Shown here piece by piece: positions 48,246 through 56,938 of a stretch of 64,000 nucleotides of DNA (the stretch's first letter is position 1; each line of letters opens with the position of its first letter). The notes beneath the pieces were generated by a model. It searched no databases. It was not told where the DNA came from and worked only from the letters and a program-made list of their open reading frames with translations. The position numbers and the translations under genes are program-made. Source of the stretch: a virus; the IMG/VR virus record IMGVR_UViG_3300046780_000427, positions 1 to 64,000 of that record. One strand, given 5' to 3'.

Positions 48246-49502
48246 ATGTCAACCATCACCAACGAGGTCAACGCCCAGTTCGACACCCAGCGCGCCTCAC
48301 AGATCGCCGCCTACGTCAACAACCAGGCCACCCAGGCTGACCGGATCGCCGCCGCAGAACGCAGGGTCGCCTCCGGTGAACTGTCCGACATGGGCGGCGG
48401 GGCCTTCCGGGTCATGACCGGATGGGACCGCGGGGAAGTGTTCAACTTCGGCGCCAACGGGCTCCTCATGCCGCAGGCCAATCTGGACCTCGCCGAGGAC
48501 GGCAAGGCCCTCGGGTATTTCGCCGAGCCGGAGTGGCACGGTCTCGGCACCGTCATCCTCGGCGGCACCACCGACATCCCGCAGATCCTCCAGGTGTCCG
48601 GCGGGGACTACTACGTGGACAAGCGGATCTCCCGTGCGTTCGATGACCAGGGCAACCTGCTGGAGAACTCCGAGGGGTTCCAGACCGTCCGGCACGGCGG
48701 CGACCGGCCGGCGGCGATCCTCGGGCAGGTCGGTTCCCGGTGGACCCCGATTCAGAATGAGGACGGGTTCGGGTTCCTGGCCGAGCTGATCGGCCGCAAG
48801 GAGATCCTGCCCGTGTCCGCGTTCCCGCTGTGGAACGGGCGGGTCTACGTGATGGCGCTGCGCCTCCCGGAGGACATCGTCCTAGACGCGCAGGGTGTCG
48901 GGGACATCATCCGGCCCTACATCATGGCCCGCAACTCCTTCGACGGGCGGACCCCGTTCCAGTGTGTCGTGACCCCGTGGCGGCCCCGCTGCTCCAACAC
49001 TGAGCGGCTGGCCCTCCGGGATGCGATCACCACGTGGAAGGTCCCGCACACCACCAACGCGCTCAAGCGCATCGATGAGGCCCGGCAGACCCTCGGCCTG
49101 ACCCTCAACTATTACTCGGAGTTCGCCGCCGAGGAGGAGGCCCTGATCCACACCGACCTGACCACCCGTCAGATCGACACCCTGCTCTCGGAACTGGACG
49201 CCGAGCTGTGGCCGGAGACGACCAAGAAGGACGGCAAGGCCGAGCCGACGAAGCGGACCGAGAAGATCCGCACGCTCCGGTCTGAGGGCCTGCGTGAGAC
49301 CATCACCGAGGAGGGCGGCCAGGTCGGCCGGAACGCCTACGCGGTCGAGCGGGCCTACACCTCCTGGCTGGACCACTCCGCTCCCCGCCGCATGGCTGGC
49401 CTGCCCGATGGTGCCGCGAGGGCAACGGCGATCCTGGAGGGCTTCGAGGACGGTCGTAAGGACACCGTCCACAAGCGGCTGATGACCCTGGTCACCCGCT
49501 AA
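48246..49502 (+). CDS. DUF932 family phage/plasmid protein
   Basis: WHGLGT, LGQVGSRWTPIQN, NSFDG, TPWRPRCSNT, PHT. Confidence 0.85.
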   Translation: MSTITNEVNAQFDTQRASQIAAYVNNQATQADRIAAAERRVASGELSDMGGGAFRVMTGWDRGEVFNFGANGLLMPQANLDLAEDGKALGYFAEPEWHGLGTVILGGTTDIPQILQVSGGDYYVDKRISRAFDDQGNLLENSEGFQTVRHGGDRPAAILGQVGSRWTPIQNEDGFGFLAELIGRKEILPVSAFPLWNGRVYVMALRLPEDIVLDAQGVGDIIRPYIMARNSFDGRTPFQCVVTPWRPRCSNTERLALRDAITTWKVPHTTNALKRIDEARQTLGLTLNYYSEFAAEEEALIHTDLTTRQIDTLLSELDAELWPETTKKDGKAEPTKRTEKIRTLRSEGLRETITEEGGQVGRNAYAVERAYTSWLDHSAPRRMAGLPDGAARATAILEGFEDGRKDTVHKRLMTLVTR

Positions 49503-49510
49503 CCGCACCA

Positions 49511-49541
49511 GGCCCGGCCTCCCTGGCAGGGAGGCCGGGCC
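49511..49541 (+). terminator. hairpin terminator candidate
   Basis: ggcccggcctccct ggc agggaggccgggcc. Confidence 0.6.
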
Positions 49542-49585
49542 CCTGCTATCGTTCACAGGTATAATACCCTTTGGAGAGAGGGAAC
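49540..49585 (+). promoter_or_regulatory. conserved cassette leader copy 2
   Basis: cccctgcTATCGTtcacaggtataat...ggagagagggaac. Confidence 0.8.
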
Positions 49586-49588
49586 ACG

Positions 49589-49981
49589 ATGAAGATCACG
49601 CAGGCAGACCGGGAGGCGGCCCTGGCCGAACTCGCCGGCATGAAAGCCACCGGCACCACGGCCCGGATCGTCGCTGACGCGTTCGCCGCCGAACTGCGCC
49701 CGCACCTGGCCAAGGAACACCGCGCCCGGACCCGCGGCCTCTACCGGGTGTGGGTGGGTGCGCAGGGACCTGAGGGCCTGTTCGGCGCCATCGACGTGTC
49801 CGTGACCTCGGGGAAGATCACCCGCGCGTACCTGACCCATGGCAACCACGGCACGGAGCGTGTCTACACCCGGGTTGCGGAGATCCGCACGGTCATCCGT
49901 TCCTGGGCGGCAGCGCGAGCGGCTGAGGCATCCCTGGATGCCCTGCTAACCGGCAAGCCCTACCCGCAGGCGGGGTCATGA
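49589..49981 (+). CDS. hypothetical protein
   Basis: ATG after the leader motif. Confidence 0.7.
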   Translation: MKITQADREAALAELAGMKATGTTARIVADAFAAELRPHLAKEHRARTRGLYRVWVGAQGPEGLFGAIDVSVTSGKITRAYLTHGNHGTERVYTRVAEIRTVIRSWAAARAAEASLDALLTGKPYPQAGS

Positions 49982-50232
49982 GGCCGCAGGTCGCCGCCGG
50001 CGGCCGCACCGTCACCGTCACCTTCTACCTGCCCTCGGGGGTGATCATCGCAGAGGAGGACGTGCCGATGGTCACCGAGGCCCTGACGGAGTACTCCCGC
50101 CGGCGGGAGGGCCGGACTTCGATGCTCCGCGGGCCGGAGCACGCGCAGGCCAGGGCGGAGCTGCGGGTGCAGGCCCGCCGTGCCGCCCGCCTGGTCCAGA
50201 CGATCACCACCGCGAGCAGGGGGCAGTCATGA
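49978..50232 (+). CDS. hypothetical protein
   Basis: ATGA coupling. Confidence 0.55.
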   Translation: MRPQVAAGGRTVTVTFYLPSGVIIAEEDVPMVTEALTEYSRRREGRTSMLRGPEHAQARAELRVQARRAARLVQTITTASRGQS

Positions 50233-50756
50233 CCGAGGACGGCAGGCAGGAGCAGGAATGGGTCGCCACCGGCACCCGGGTCCTGTCCAGTGACCGGCGC
50301 GGGCAGGAGTTCCTGACCGAGACCGGGGAGCTGAAGGTGTATGCGGAGCGGGTGTCCTACGTCATCGGCGGGATCTACACCGTCCAGACCAGTACTAAGG
50401 GCGGCTGCACCATCCGGCACGGTGAGCCTGTTTACACCGGCCGACGCCGCCCGGCGGAGGAGCGGGCCCTGTGGGAGGCTGAGGACCAGGCTGCTGAGGT
50501 CGCCTTGGACCGGGCCGCTCTAGAACGCAAGCACCGCAAGGGCGGGGCGCTGGATGAGGCCCTGGCCCCGCTGCTGGAGATCATGGCCGGGACCCGCACC
50601 GGCACCCAGCGGCAAGCGCTGATCGGCTACGTGTCTGACCGGCTCGGCGCGGCCTACCACGAGGCGATGATTGACCGCCTCCGCAGCGAGGCCCAGGAGG
50701 CTGGCCGGGACGCGGCCAGGGCGATCAAGGCAGCCCGGAAAGCAGGAGGCAAGTGA
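50229..50756 (+). CDS. hypothetical protein
   Basis: ATGA coupling. Confidence 0.65.
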   Translation: MTEDGRQEQEWVATGTRVLSSDRRGQEFLTETGELKVYAERVSYVIGGIYTVQTSTKGGCTIRHGEPVYTGRRRPAEERALWEAEDQAAEVALDRAALERKHRKGGALDEALAPLLEIMAGTRTGTQRQALIGYVSDRLGAAYHEAMIDRLRSEAQEAGRDAARAIKAARKAGGK

Positions 50757-51067
50757 TGAGCGGCGCATGGATAGGCACGTTCCCCTGCTGGACCCACCAG
50801 GACCGCACCGGGGAACCCGGCCAGCACTATTTCGAGGCCGACCCCGGCACGGTCATGTCCGTCCTGATAGACCCGGACACCGGCCGGCCACCAGACATCG
50901 GGGAGGACGGTGCCCCGGTGCCGATCGACCCGGACGCAGTGGCCCGGTGCATCCAGGCGTTCATCTGCCCGGACTGCCTGGCCGCGGTGAACGAGGAACG
51001 CCGGGCCCGCCCGGATCTCCCGCCCCCGGTCAAGCCCGGCGGCATCCCCTGGACGGAGCAGCCATGA
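50753..51067 (+). CDS. hypothetical protein
   Basis: RBS; ICPDC motif. Confidence 0.6.
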   Translation: MMSGAWIGTFPCWTHQDRTGEPGQHYFEADPGTVMSVLIDPDTGRPPDIGEDGAPVPIDPDAVARCIQAFICPDCLAAVNEERRARPDLPPPVKPGGIPWTEQP

Positions 51068-51243
51068 CCGCTCACATCGCAAAGATCACCCCGCTGCAAG
51101 ACGGGTTCAAAGTCACCTGCCCGGAGGGCTGCAACCTGGGCACGTCCGCCTGGCAGGACACCCAGCAGGACGCGGAACGGCGCGCCGAGCTGCACTCGGT
51201 AGCTACGGCTCCCCTGGGCCTGCTGCACCGGGAGGCACGATGA
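51064..51243 (+). CDS. hypothetical protein
   Basis: ATGA coupling; CPEGC...H. Confidence 0.55.
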   Translation: MTAHIAKITPLQDGFKVTCPEGCNLGTSAWQDTQQDAERRAELHSVATAPLGLLHREAR

Positions 51244-51527
51244 GCGGCATCGTGTGGCCCTCGGAGGTGTACCGGGCAGTCATCGCAGACGCCCGGGATG
51301 CGCTCCGTGACGCGGAGGAGGACCGGGACAGGTGGCAGGTGCACGCCCAGGCTGACCACGCCGCCTTGGGCCGCGCCTGGTCCTGCATCGGCTCCTGGAT
51401 GGAGGTCGCCGGCAGGTGGCCTGATGACCTCGGCCTCACCGCCACCGGGCTGCACCCGCCGACCCTGCGGGCCTGCACGGCCGCGCTACAGGCCCGCATC
51501 ATCGAGCAGGAGGAGTCCGATGACTAA
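51240..51527 (+). CDS. hypothetical protein
   Basis: ATGA coupling. Confidence 0.55.
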   Translation: MSGIVWPSEVYRAVIADARDALRDAEEDRDRWQVHAQADHAALGRAWSCIGSWMEVAGRWPDDLGLTATGLHPPTLRACTAALQARIIEQEESDD

Positions 51528-51924
51528 CCCCGCAGACCTGGCAGAGATCACCCGCCGCCACGGCCGCCAGCACACCACGAACCCGCGTCAGGACTACTGC
51601 CCTGCTGACAACCAGGACTGGCCCTGCGACGTGGCCCGCCTCCTGGAGGCACTGGAGTCCTCCCGCGGGGACGGCGCGGCGCTGGCAGCGGCCACGTGGT
51701 CAGGGATCGAAGCCGCTGAGGCCGCGCTGGCCGTGGCCGCTGATGTCCTCAACCGGGTCAAACTGGCAGCAGGGCCGACGATGGAACTGGACCCCGAGGG
51801 CAAGACCCTCGGCTTGCACAACGCCGGGGCCTGCTCGACGTGCCGCCTGACCCACACCCTGACCGGAGCCGGGGAGCTGAACATGGCGATCCTGGCCGCC
51901 CGAGCACAAGGAGGAGATCACTGA
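51520..51924 (+). CDS. hypothetical protein
   Basis: YCPADNQDWPCD motif; RBS. Confidence 0.6.
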   Translation: MTNPADLAEITRRHGRQHTTNPRQDYCPADNQDWPCDVARLLEALESSRGDGAALAAATWSGIEAAEAALAVAADVLNRVKLAAGPTMELDPEGKTLGLHNAGACSTCRLTHTLTGAGELNMAILAARAQGGDH

Positions 51925-52250
51925 TGCCCGCTGAGGATGGCCTGCTGTGGCCTGAGGAGGTCGCCGCGAAGGCCGGATGGACCGCGAAGACGCTCCGCGC
52001 GCAGGTCGCCGCGTCCAAGAAACTCCAGGAGGCCGGCACCCTGGGCCCCCATCACCTGCCGATGCCCGCCGACCGCAGGCTCCGCCCCCATGACCGGACC
52101 CCGGCGAACCCGACCGGGAAGGGCGCCAAGTGGCAGAACCTATGGCGGCCCGGGGACATCGAGGCGTGGCTGCCGAACCGCCGCAGGCCGGGGAACCCGG
52201 ACGGGTTCGCCGCCTCACACGCTGCCGCCCGGGCCCGCCGTGGCAGCTAA
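51924..52250 (+). CDS. AlpA/excisionase-like HTH DNA-binding protein
   Basis: LLWPEEVAAKAGWTAKTLR...LPMP...LWRPGDIEAW. Confidence 0.65.
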   Translation: MPAEDGLLWPEEVAAKAGWTAKTLRAQVAASKKLQEAGTLGPHHLPMPADRRLRPHDRTPANPTGKGAKWQNLWRPGDIEAWLPNRRRPGNPDGFAASHAAARARRGS

Positions 52251-52383
52251 CCTGGCCTGCGCGCATCTGCACTGCACCTACTGTGAGGCGCCGCTGCGGC
52301 GGGATGGGTCCTGCTGCGGCGAACCCCATGACCTGCCCTACCGTGAACGGGTAACAGCGCCCAGGTCAGGCACAATAGGCGCC

Positions 52384-52632
52384 ATGACAACTTCCCCCGC
52401 ACCGATGACCGCCCCGGCCGGGCCGGCCTCCCAGCGGCATGTCGAAACGTCGATCACCCTCGCCAAGGGTGAGACCCTGACCGTCGCCCACCTGATCCAG
52501 CTCACCACCGACGCCGCCGCCGTGGGCCTGCCCGTGGAGGCGACTGTGCGGGTCGAGAACCGCATCAGCGGCAAACCTATGCGGCTCACCGTGGCAGGCG
52601 AGGCGCCGGTCACAGTGTCAAGGCATGATTGA
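52384..52632 (+). CDS. hypothetical protein
   Basis: Short ORF whose stop codon lies within palindrome copy 7. Confidence 0.5.
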   Translation: MTTSPAPMTAPAGPASQRHVETSITLAKGETLTVAHLIQLTTDAAAVGLPVEATVRVENRISGKPMRLTVAGEAPVTVSRHD

Positions 52633-52634
52633 CA
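52616..52634. promoter_or_regulatory. TGTCAA-N7-TTGACA palindrome, copy 7, abutting start of the DNA-modification operon
   Basis: tgtcaa ggcatga ttgaca g gtg. Confidence 0.88.
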
Positions 52635-52635
52635 G

Positions 52636-53205
52636 GTGACCGACACCCAGCCTGAGGCAGCGTTCCGGCTAGGCCCCCAGCAGTTCGACCCCGCTATACC
52701 TGTTGAGTCGATCAGCGAGCACCCCCGCAACCCGAACGAGGGCGACATCGGGGCCATCCATGAGTCGATGGGGCAGCACGGGTTCGTCGGGGCGATCATG
52801 GTTCAGCGGTCCACCGGGTATGTCCTGGACGGCAACCACACCTACCGGACTGCTGTCGCGAAGGGTGCCCTGACCCTGCCCGGGTTCTGGCTTGACGTGG
52901 ATGATGATGAGGCCCTGCGGATCCTCATGGATATCAACCACACCGCCCGCCTCGGCCGCGACGACCTGGCCCTGGCCTCCGCGCTCCTGCTGGATTTGCG
53001 CGGCCGCGGGGACCTGCCCGCGTCCTACTCCGATGACGACCTGCAGCAGATGCTTGATGACCTGTCCGGGCCGGCGGCGCCGGATGAGTTCCCCGAGTAC
53101 GGCGACGACATCAGCACCGAGCACGAATGCCCCCGCTGCGGGTACGCCTTTAGCGGTGGCACTAAGCGGCCTGTGGGCGCTGAGGACGCCGGCGCGGGCC
53201 CATGA
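52636..53205 (+). CDS. ParB/Srx N-terminal-like domain protein with C-terminal CPxCG Zn ribbon
   Basis: HPRNPN.GD, SMGQHGF, VLDGNH, HECPRCGY. Confidence 0.8.
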   Translation: MTDTQPEAAFRLGPQQFDPAIPVESISEHPRNPNEGDIGAIHESMGQHGFVGAIMVQRSTGYVLDGNHTYRTAVAKGALTLPGFWLDVDDDEALRILMDINHTARLGRDDLALASALLLDLRGRGDLPASYSDDDLQQMLDDLSGPAAPDEFPEYGDDISTEHECPRCGYAFSGGTKRPVGAEDAGAGP

Positions 53206-54698
53206 CCCGGGTGCTCCTGCGCCTGCACCACCACGGCCAGGATTACCGTTGGGCTGATGTGACCGACCGGCCGATGCCGACGATCAACACTATCGGGATC
53301 AGCGACCTCGGCAGCACAGGCCCGGATGGCATCATGATCGCGCCCACCCTGGGAGGCCCCGTGCCCGTAGTCGACAAACCGCCGTACCGGGTCCCGGGCA
53401 TGGGAGAGATCCGGGCCCTGGAGTGGAACGGGTTTACCGCCGCGTCCACGTTCTCGGGGTGCGGCGGCGGGTGCCTGGGCCTGGAGATGGCCGGCTACCG
53501 GATCGGGTGGGCAAGCGAGTTCATCCCCGCCGCCGCTGACACCTACGCCGCGAACCACCCTGGCGTGCACCTGGACACCAGGGACATCCGGCAGGTTGAC
53601 CCGCAGGAGGTCCTGGACATCATGGGCCTGAAGGTGGGGGAGCTGGCCCTGCTCGAGGGGTCGCCGCCGTGCGCCGCGTTCTCCACCGCCGGGGTCAGGT
53701 CGGCGGGGTGGAATCAGCCGCGGAAATATTCGGACACGGTGCAGCGCACTGATGACCTGTTCGGGGAGTACTGCCGGATGATTGAGGGCCTGCGCCCGGC
53801 CGTGTTCACCGCCGAGAACGTCTCCGGCTTGGTCAAGGGTGTGGCGAAGGGGTATTTCAAGGAGATCCTGGCCCGGATGAAAGCCGCCGGCTACCAGGTG
53901 CAGGCCCGACTGTTGGACGCTTCGTGGCTGGGGGTGCCGCAGGCGAGGCAGCGGATCTTTTTCGTCGGCGTCCGCGAGGACCTGGGTATGGCCCCGGCCT
54001 ACCCCAAGCCGCTCCCCTACCGGTATTCGGTGCGGGATGCGTTGCCGCACATCCTCGCCCAGGGCGCCAATACCGAGTTCGGTCAGGCAGCCTGGGAGGA
54101 CGGGTCCCGGCCCTCGGGGAGCCTGGGCGCGGACCCGTCCACCGGTAATGGGCTGTCGCCGCCTGGGCATGTGCTCGAAGTCGCGGAGATCATCACCCAG
54201 CGGGGGCCCAAGGAAGAGCCGCAGTACTCCGCTGGGGACATCACTGACCGGCCCGCGCCGGCGGTCTTGGAGCGGAACGGGAACTATCAGGTCGCCGGCC
54301 CGACTGGGGTCACGCATGACCCGGAGACCGGCGCGGACATCACCATCGGCCGGTATGCCATCGGGAAGGAATGGCTGCGCCTGGCCGAGGGGCAGAAGTC
54401 GGGCCGTTACCAGCAGCTATGGCGTCCCGATGATGGCCGGCCCGTGCCGACGCTGACCGCCCGCGCCGGCGCCGAGGGCGTCGCCGGGGTGATGCACTGG
54501 GCGGAATGCCGCAAGCTCACGTTGGGGGAGCTGCGGGCCCTGTGCGGGTTCCCCCCGGACTTTGTCCTCACCGGGTCCTATAAGCAACGGTGGGAACGGC
54601 TCGGCCGGGCGGTGCCGCCGGTGATGATGGCGCACCTGGCCGCAGCGATCCGGGACCAGATCCTGGTCCCGCTCCGCGCGGATGGGAGGATCGGGTAA
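53202..54698 (+). CDS. C5 cytosine DNA methyltransferase homolog, predicted carboxymethyltransferase
   Basis: Motif I FSGCGG, IV GSPPC, VI ENV, VIII QARQRIF, IX ELRALCGFP, X LGRAVPP (canonical GNAV). Confidence 0.9.
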   Translation: MTRVLLRLHHHGQDYRWADVTDRPMPTINTIGISDLGSTGPDGIMIAPTLGGPVPVVDKPPYRVPGMGEIRALEWNGFTAASTFSGCGGGCLGLEMAGYRIGWASEFIPAAADTYAANHPGVHLDTRDIRQVDPQEVLDIMGLKVGELALLEGSPPCAAFSTAGVRSAGWNQPRKYSDTVQRTDDLFGEYCRMIEGLRPAVFTAENVSGLVKGVAKGYFKEILARMKAAGYQVQARLLDASWLGVPQARQRIFFVGVREDLGMAPAYPKPLPYRYSVRDALPHILAQGANTEFGQAAWEDGSRPSGSLGADPSTGNGLSPPGHVLEVAEIITQRGPKEEPQYSAGDITDRPAPAVLERNGNYQVAGPTGVTHDPETGADITIGRYAIGKEWLRLAEGQKSGRYQQLWRPDDGRPVPTLTARAGAEGVAGVMHWAECRKLTLGELRALCGFPPDFVLTGSYKQRWERLGRAVPPVMMAHLAAAIRDQILVPLRADGRIG

Positions 54699-56099
54699 GT
54701 GTGCGGCATCCTCGCCGCGGCCGCCCAGGTGGACCTGTGGCTGGCCCTCGGCAGCCTGGAGCACCGCGGCCCCGACGCGCAGGCGTGGCAGGAGCATGCC
54801 GGGGTCTCACTCGGGCAGACCCGGCTGGCTATCCAGGACCTCGCCCCGGCCGGCGGCGGCCTGTTCACGGCGGGCCCGGTGGTCTGCGCCTACAACGGGG
54901 AGCTGTTCAACGGCCCGGAGGTCCGGAGCCTGGTCGAGGCTGCCCGCCCGGGCTACGTGTGGCACACCCACGGGGACACGGAGACCGTCACCGCCGCCCT
55001 CGGCGTCCTGCACCCGCAGGACGCCCTCGCCGCCTTCGACGGCATGTTCGCCGTCGCCTGGGCTGACACCCGGCACCCGGGGGTCCTGTTCTGCGCGAGG
55101 GACAGGTTCGGGGAGATCCCCCTGCACATCCACCGGCACATCCCGGCGCTGGTCGCCTCAGAGATCAAAGCGTTCGCCGCGCTTGGCCGCAGGTGCGGCG
55201 ACGCGGTGATGGAGATCCCCCCGGCGTCGGTGTGCTCGATCCGGCATGCCGGCGCGCAGGTCACCGTCTCCCGGTACCTCCCTGCCCTGCCACCGGTCCC
55301 CGCACCTCCCACGGACCCGCCCGCGGAACTGCGCCGCCGGATCCGCGCCGGGGTGACCGCCCGGCTGATCAGCGACGCCCCGATATGCACGCTGCTGTCC
55401 GGTGGGCTGGACTCCGCGGTGATCGCCTACGAGCTGGGCCTCCTGGTCCCGGGCCTGGTGGCCTACACCGCGGTCATGGACAAGCACTCCCCCGACCTCC
55501 GCGCCGCTAGGGTCTGCGCGGAGCATCTTGGGGTGGAGCTGCGTGAGGTCACCATCGACCCGCCGTCCGCCGATGACCTGGCGAACGTGGTGCGGCAGAT
55601 CGAGCAGCCGCACAAGGCGCAGGTGGAGATCGGGTGGCCGTGCCTGGCACTGGCCAGGCAGATCCGTGAGGACGGGTTCAAGGTCACCTACTCCGGGGAA
55701 GGCGCCGATGAACTGTGGGCCTCCTACGGGTTCGCCTACCACGGCGTCAAGCAGCACGGCTGGTTTGGGTACCGGTTGCGGTTGATCACCGAGCAGCACC
55801 GGAAGAATTTCCCGAGGGTCAATAAGGCGTTCATGGCCCACGCGGTGGAGGCACGGTTGCCGTGGCTGGACCCCGGTGTCGTCGGCGTGGCCCTCGCCCT
55901 CCCGGTGGGCCTGGTCCGCACCCGTGGCCGGCTCAAAGGCATCGTGGAGGACGCCTACCACGACGTACTGCCGGGCAAGATCCTGGCCCGGTCCAAACTG
56001 GCATTCCAGGACGGCCTGGGGATGAAGGAAGCCGCCGCCTCGGTGGCGGTCAAACCAAGGGAGTTCTACGGTGTCGAGTACCGCCGGGCATATAGCTGA
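54699..56099 (+). CDS. asparagine synthetase B-like amidotransferase
   Basis: N-terminal MCGI, HRGPD, YNGELFN, DGMFA, ARDRFG, LLSGGLDS, SGEGADELW, VEARLPWLD. Confidence 0.9.
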   Translation: MCGILAAAAQVDLWLALGSLEHRGPDAQAWQEHAGVSLGQTRLAIQDLAPAGGGLFTAGPVVCAYNGELFNGPEVRSLVEAARPGYVWHTHGDTETVTAALGVLHPQDALAAFDGMFAVAWADTRHPGVLFCARDRFGEIPLHIHRHIPALVASEIKAFAALGRRCGDAVMEIPPASVCSIRHAGAQVTVSRYLPALPPVPAPPTDPPAELRRRIRAGVTARLISDAPICTLLSGGLDSAVIAYELGLLVPGLVAYTAVMDKHSPDLRAARVCAEHLGVELREVTIDPPSADDLANVVRQIEQPHKAQVEIGWPCLALARQIREDGFKVTYSGEGADELWASYGFAYHGVKQHGWFGYRLRLITEQHRKNFPRVNKAFMAHAVEARLPWLDPGVVGVALALPVGLVRTRGRLKGIVEDAYHDVLPGKILARSKLAFQDGLGMKEAAASVAVKPREFYGVEYRRAYS

Positions 56100-56865
56100 A
56101 CCTGCCAGGGTCGAGGGACTGCGGGACCTGGCCCCCGATCCCAGGTCGGACCTGGCTGGCCGGTTCCCCGGCGGCGGGTGGCAGTTCACCTCCGAAGTCG
56201 CAGCGGTGTTCGATGATCATGTGCGCGCGTCGGTGCCGTTCTACGATGCGATCCAGTCGCTGATCGCGGAGCTGGCGGACTGGCTCCTCCCCGCGGGGGG
56301 CCTCCTGGCCGACCTGGGTTGCTCGACGGGGAACACTGCCGCGGCGATCCTCATGCGGCAGCCCGACCGGGGCCTGCGCGTGCACCTGTACGACGAGTCG
56401 GTGCCGATGCTGGCCAAGGCCCGGCCCATGCTCGAGGGGCTGGCACCGGGCCGCGTGGCAGCGACGATCGGCCGGCTCCCCGGTGAGGGACTGGAACACG
56501 CCGGCGCGGACCTGACGGTGGCCGCGTTCCTGCTCCAGTTCCTGCCCTGGGCGGACAGGTTCCGGCTGCTGTGCATGGCCCGGGCGGCGGCTGCGGAGAC
56601 GGGTGCGCTGATCCTCGCGGAGAAGACCCGCCCCGCTGACTCCCGGTGGGCGGAGATCGCCGCTGAGGTCTCCCACGATGTGAAGGAATCCAACGGGATC
56701 ACCGCCGGGGAGATCCGGGCCAAGGCCCGGTCGCTGCGCGGCGTCCTGCTCCCCGGCCGCCTGGACTATGTGATGGCACAGGCCGAGGAGGCCGGGTGGT
56801 GTTCCCCGGAGGTCCTGTTCCGGTGGCATTCGTGGGCAGTGATCGGCGCGTTCGCTACGCCCTGA
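56071..56865 (+). CDS. cmoA: CmoA-like carboxy-S-adenosyl-L-methionine synthase
   Basis: WQF..VAAVFDDHVRASVPFY, DLGCSTG, FLLQFL, GALILAEK, HDVKESNG...EI.AK..SL.GV follow the E. coli CmoA pattern. Confidence 0.85.
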   Translation: MSSTAGHIAEPARVEGLRDLAPDPRSDLAGRFPGGGWQFTSEVAAVFDDHVRASVPFYDAIQSLIAELADWLLPAGGLLADLGCSTGNTAAAILMRQPDRGLRVHLYDESVPMLAKARPMLEGLAPGRVAATIGRLPGEGLEHAGADLTVAAFLLQFLPWADRFRLLCMARAAAAETGALILAEKTRPADSRWAEIAAEVSHDVKESNGITAGEIRAKARSLRGVLLPGRLDYVMAQAEEAGWCSPEVLFRWHSWAVIGAFATP

Positions 56866-56886
56866 GGCTGGACACCCTCCCGCTAA

Positions 56887-56931
56887 CCCCTGCTACTGTT
56901 CACAGGTAAGCATTCCCCTGGAGAGAGGGAC
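56887..56931 (+). promoter_or_regulatory. conserved cassette leader copy 3
   Basis: cccctgcTACTGTtcacaggtaagc...ggagagagggac. Confidence 0.8.
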
Positions 56932-56938
56932 ACCTGAA

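Noticed and set aside
51924-52250. Integration module implied by an excisionase-like gene
   Set aside because: No tyrosine or serine recombinase motifs found in the window
54699-56865. 7-deazaguanine (QueC/DpdA) pathway or tRNA cmo5U modification role
   Set aside because: No folE, queD, queE, dpdA, cmoB or tRNA genes seen; the neighbouring cytosine MTase explains the cluster better
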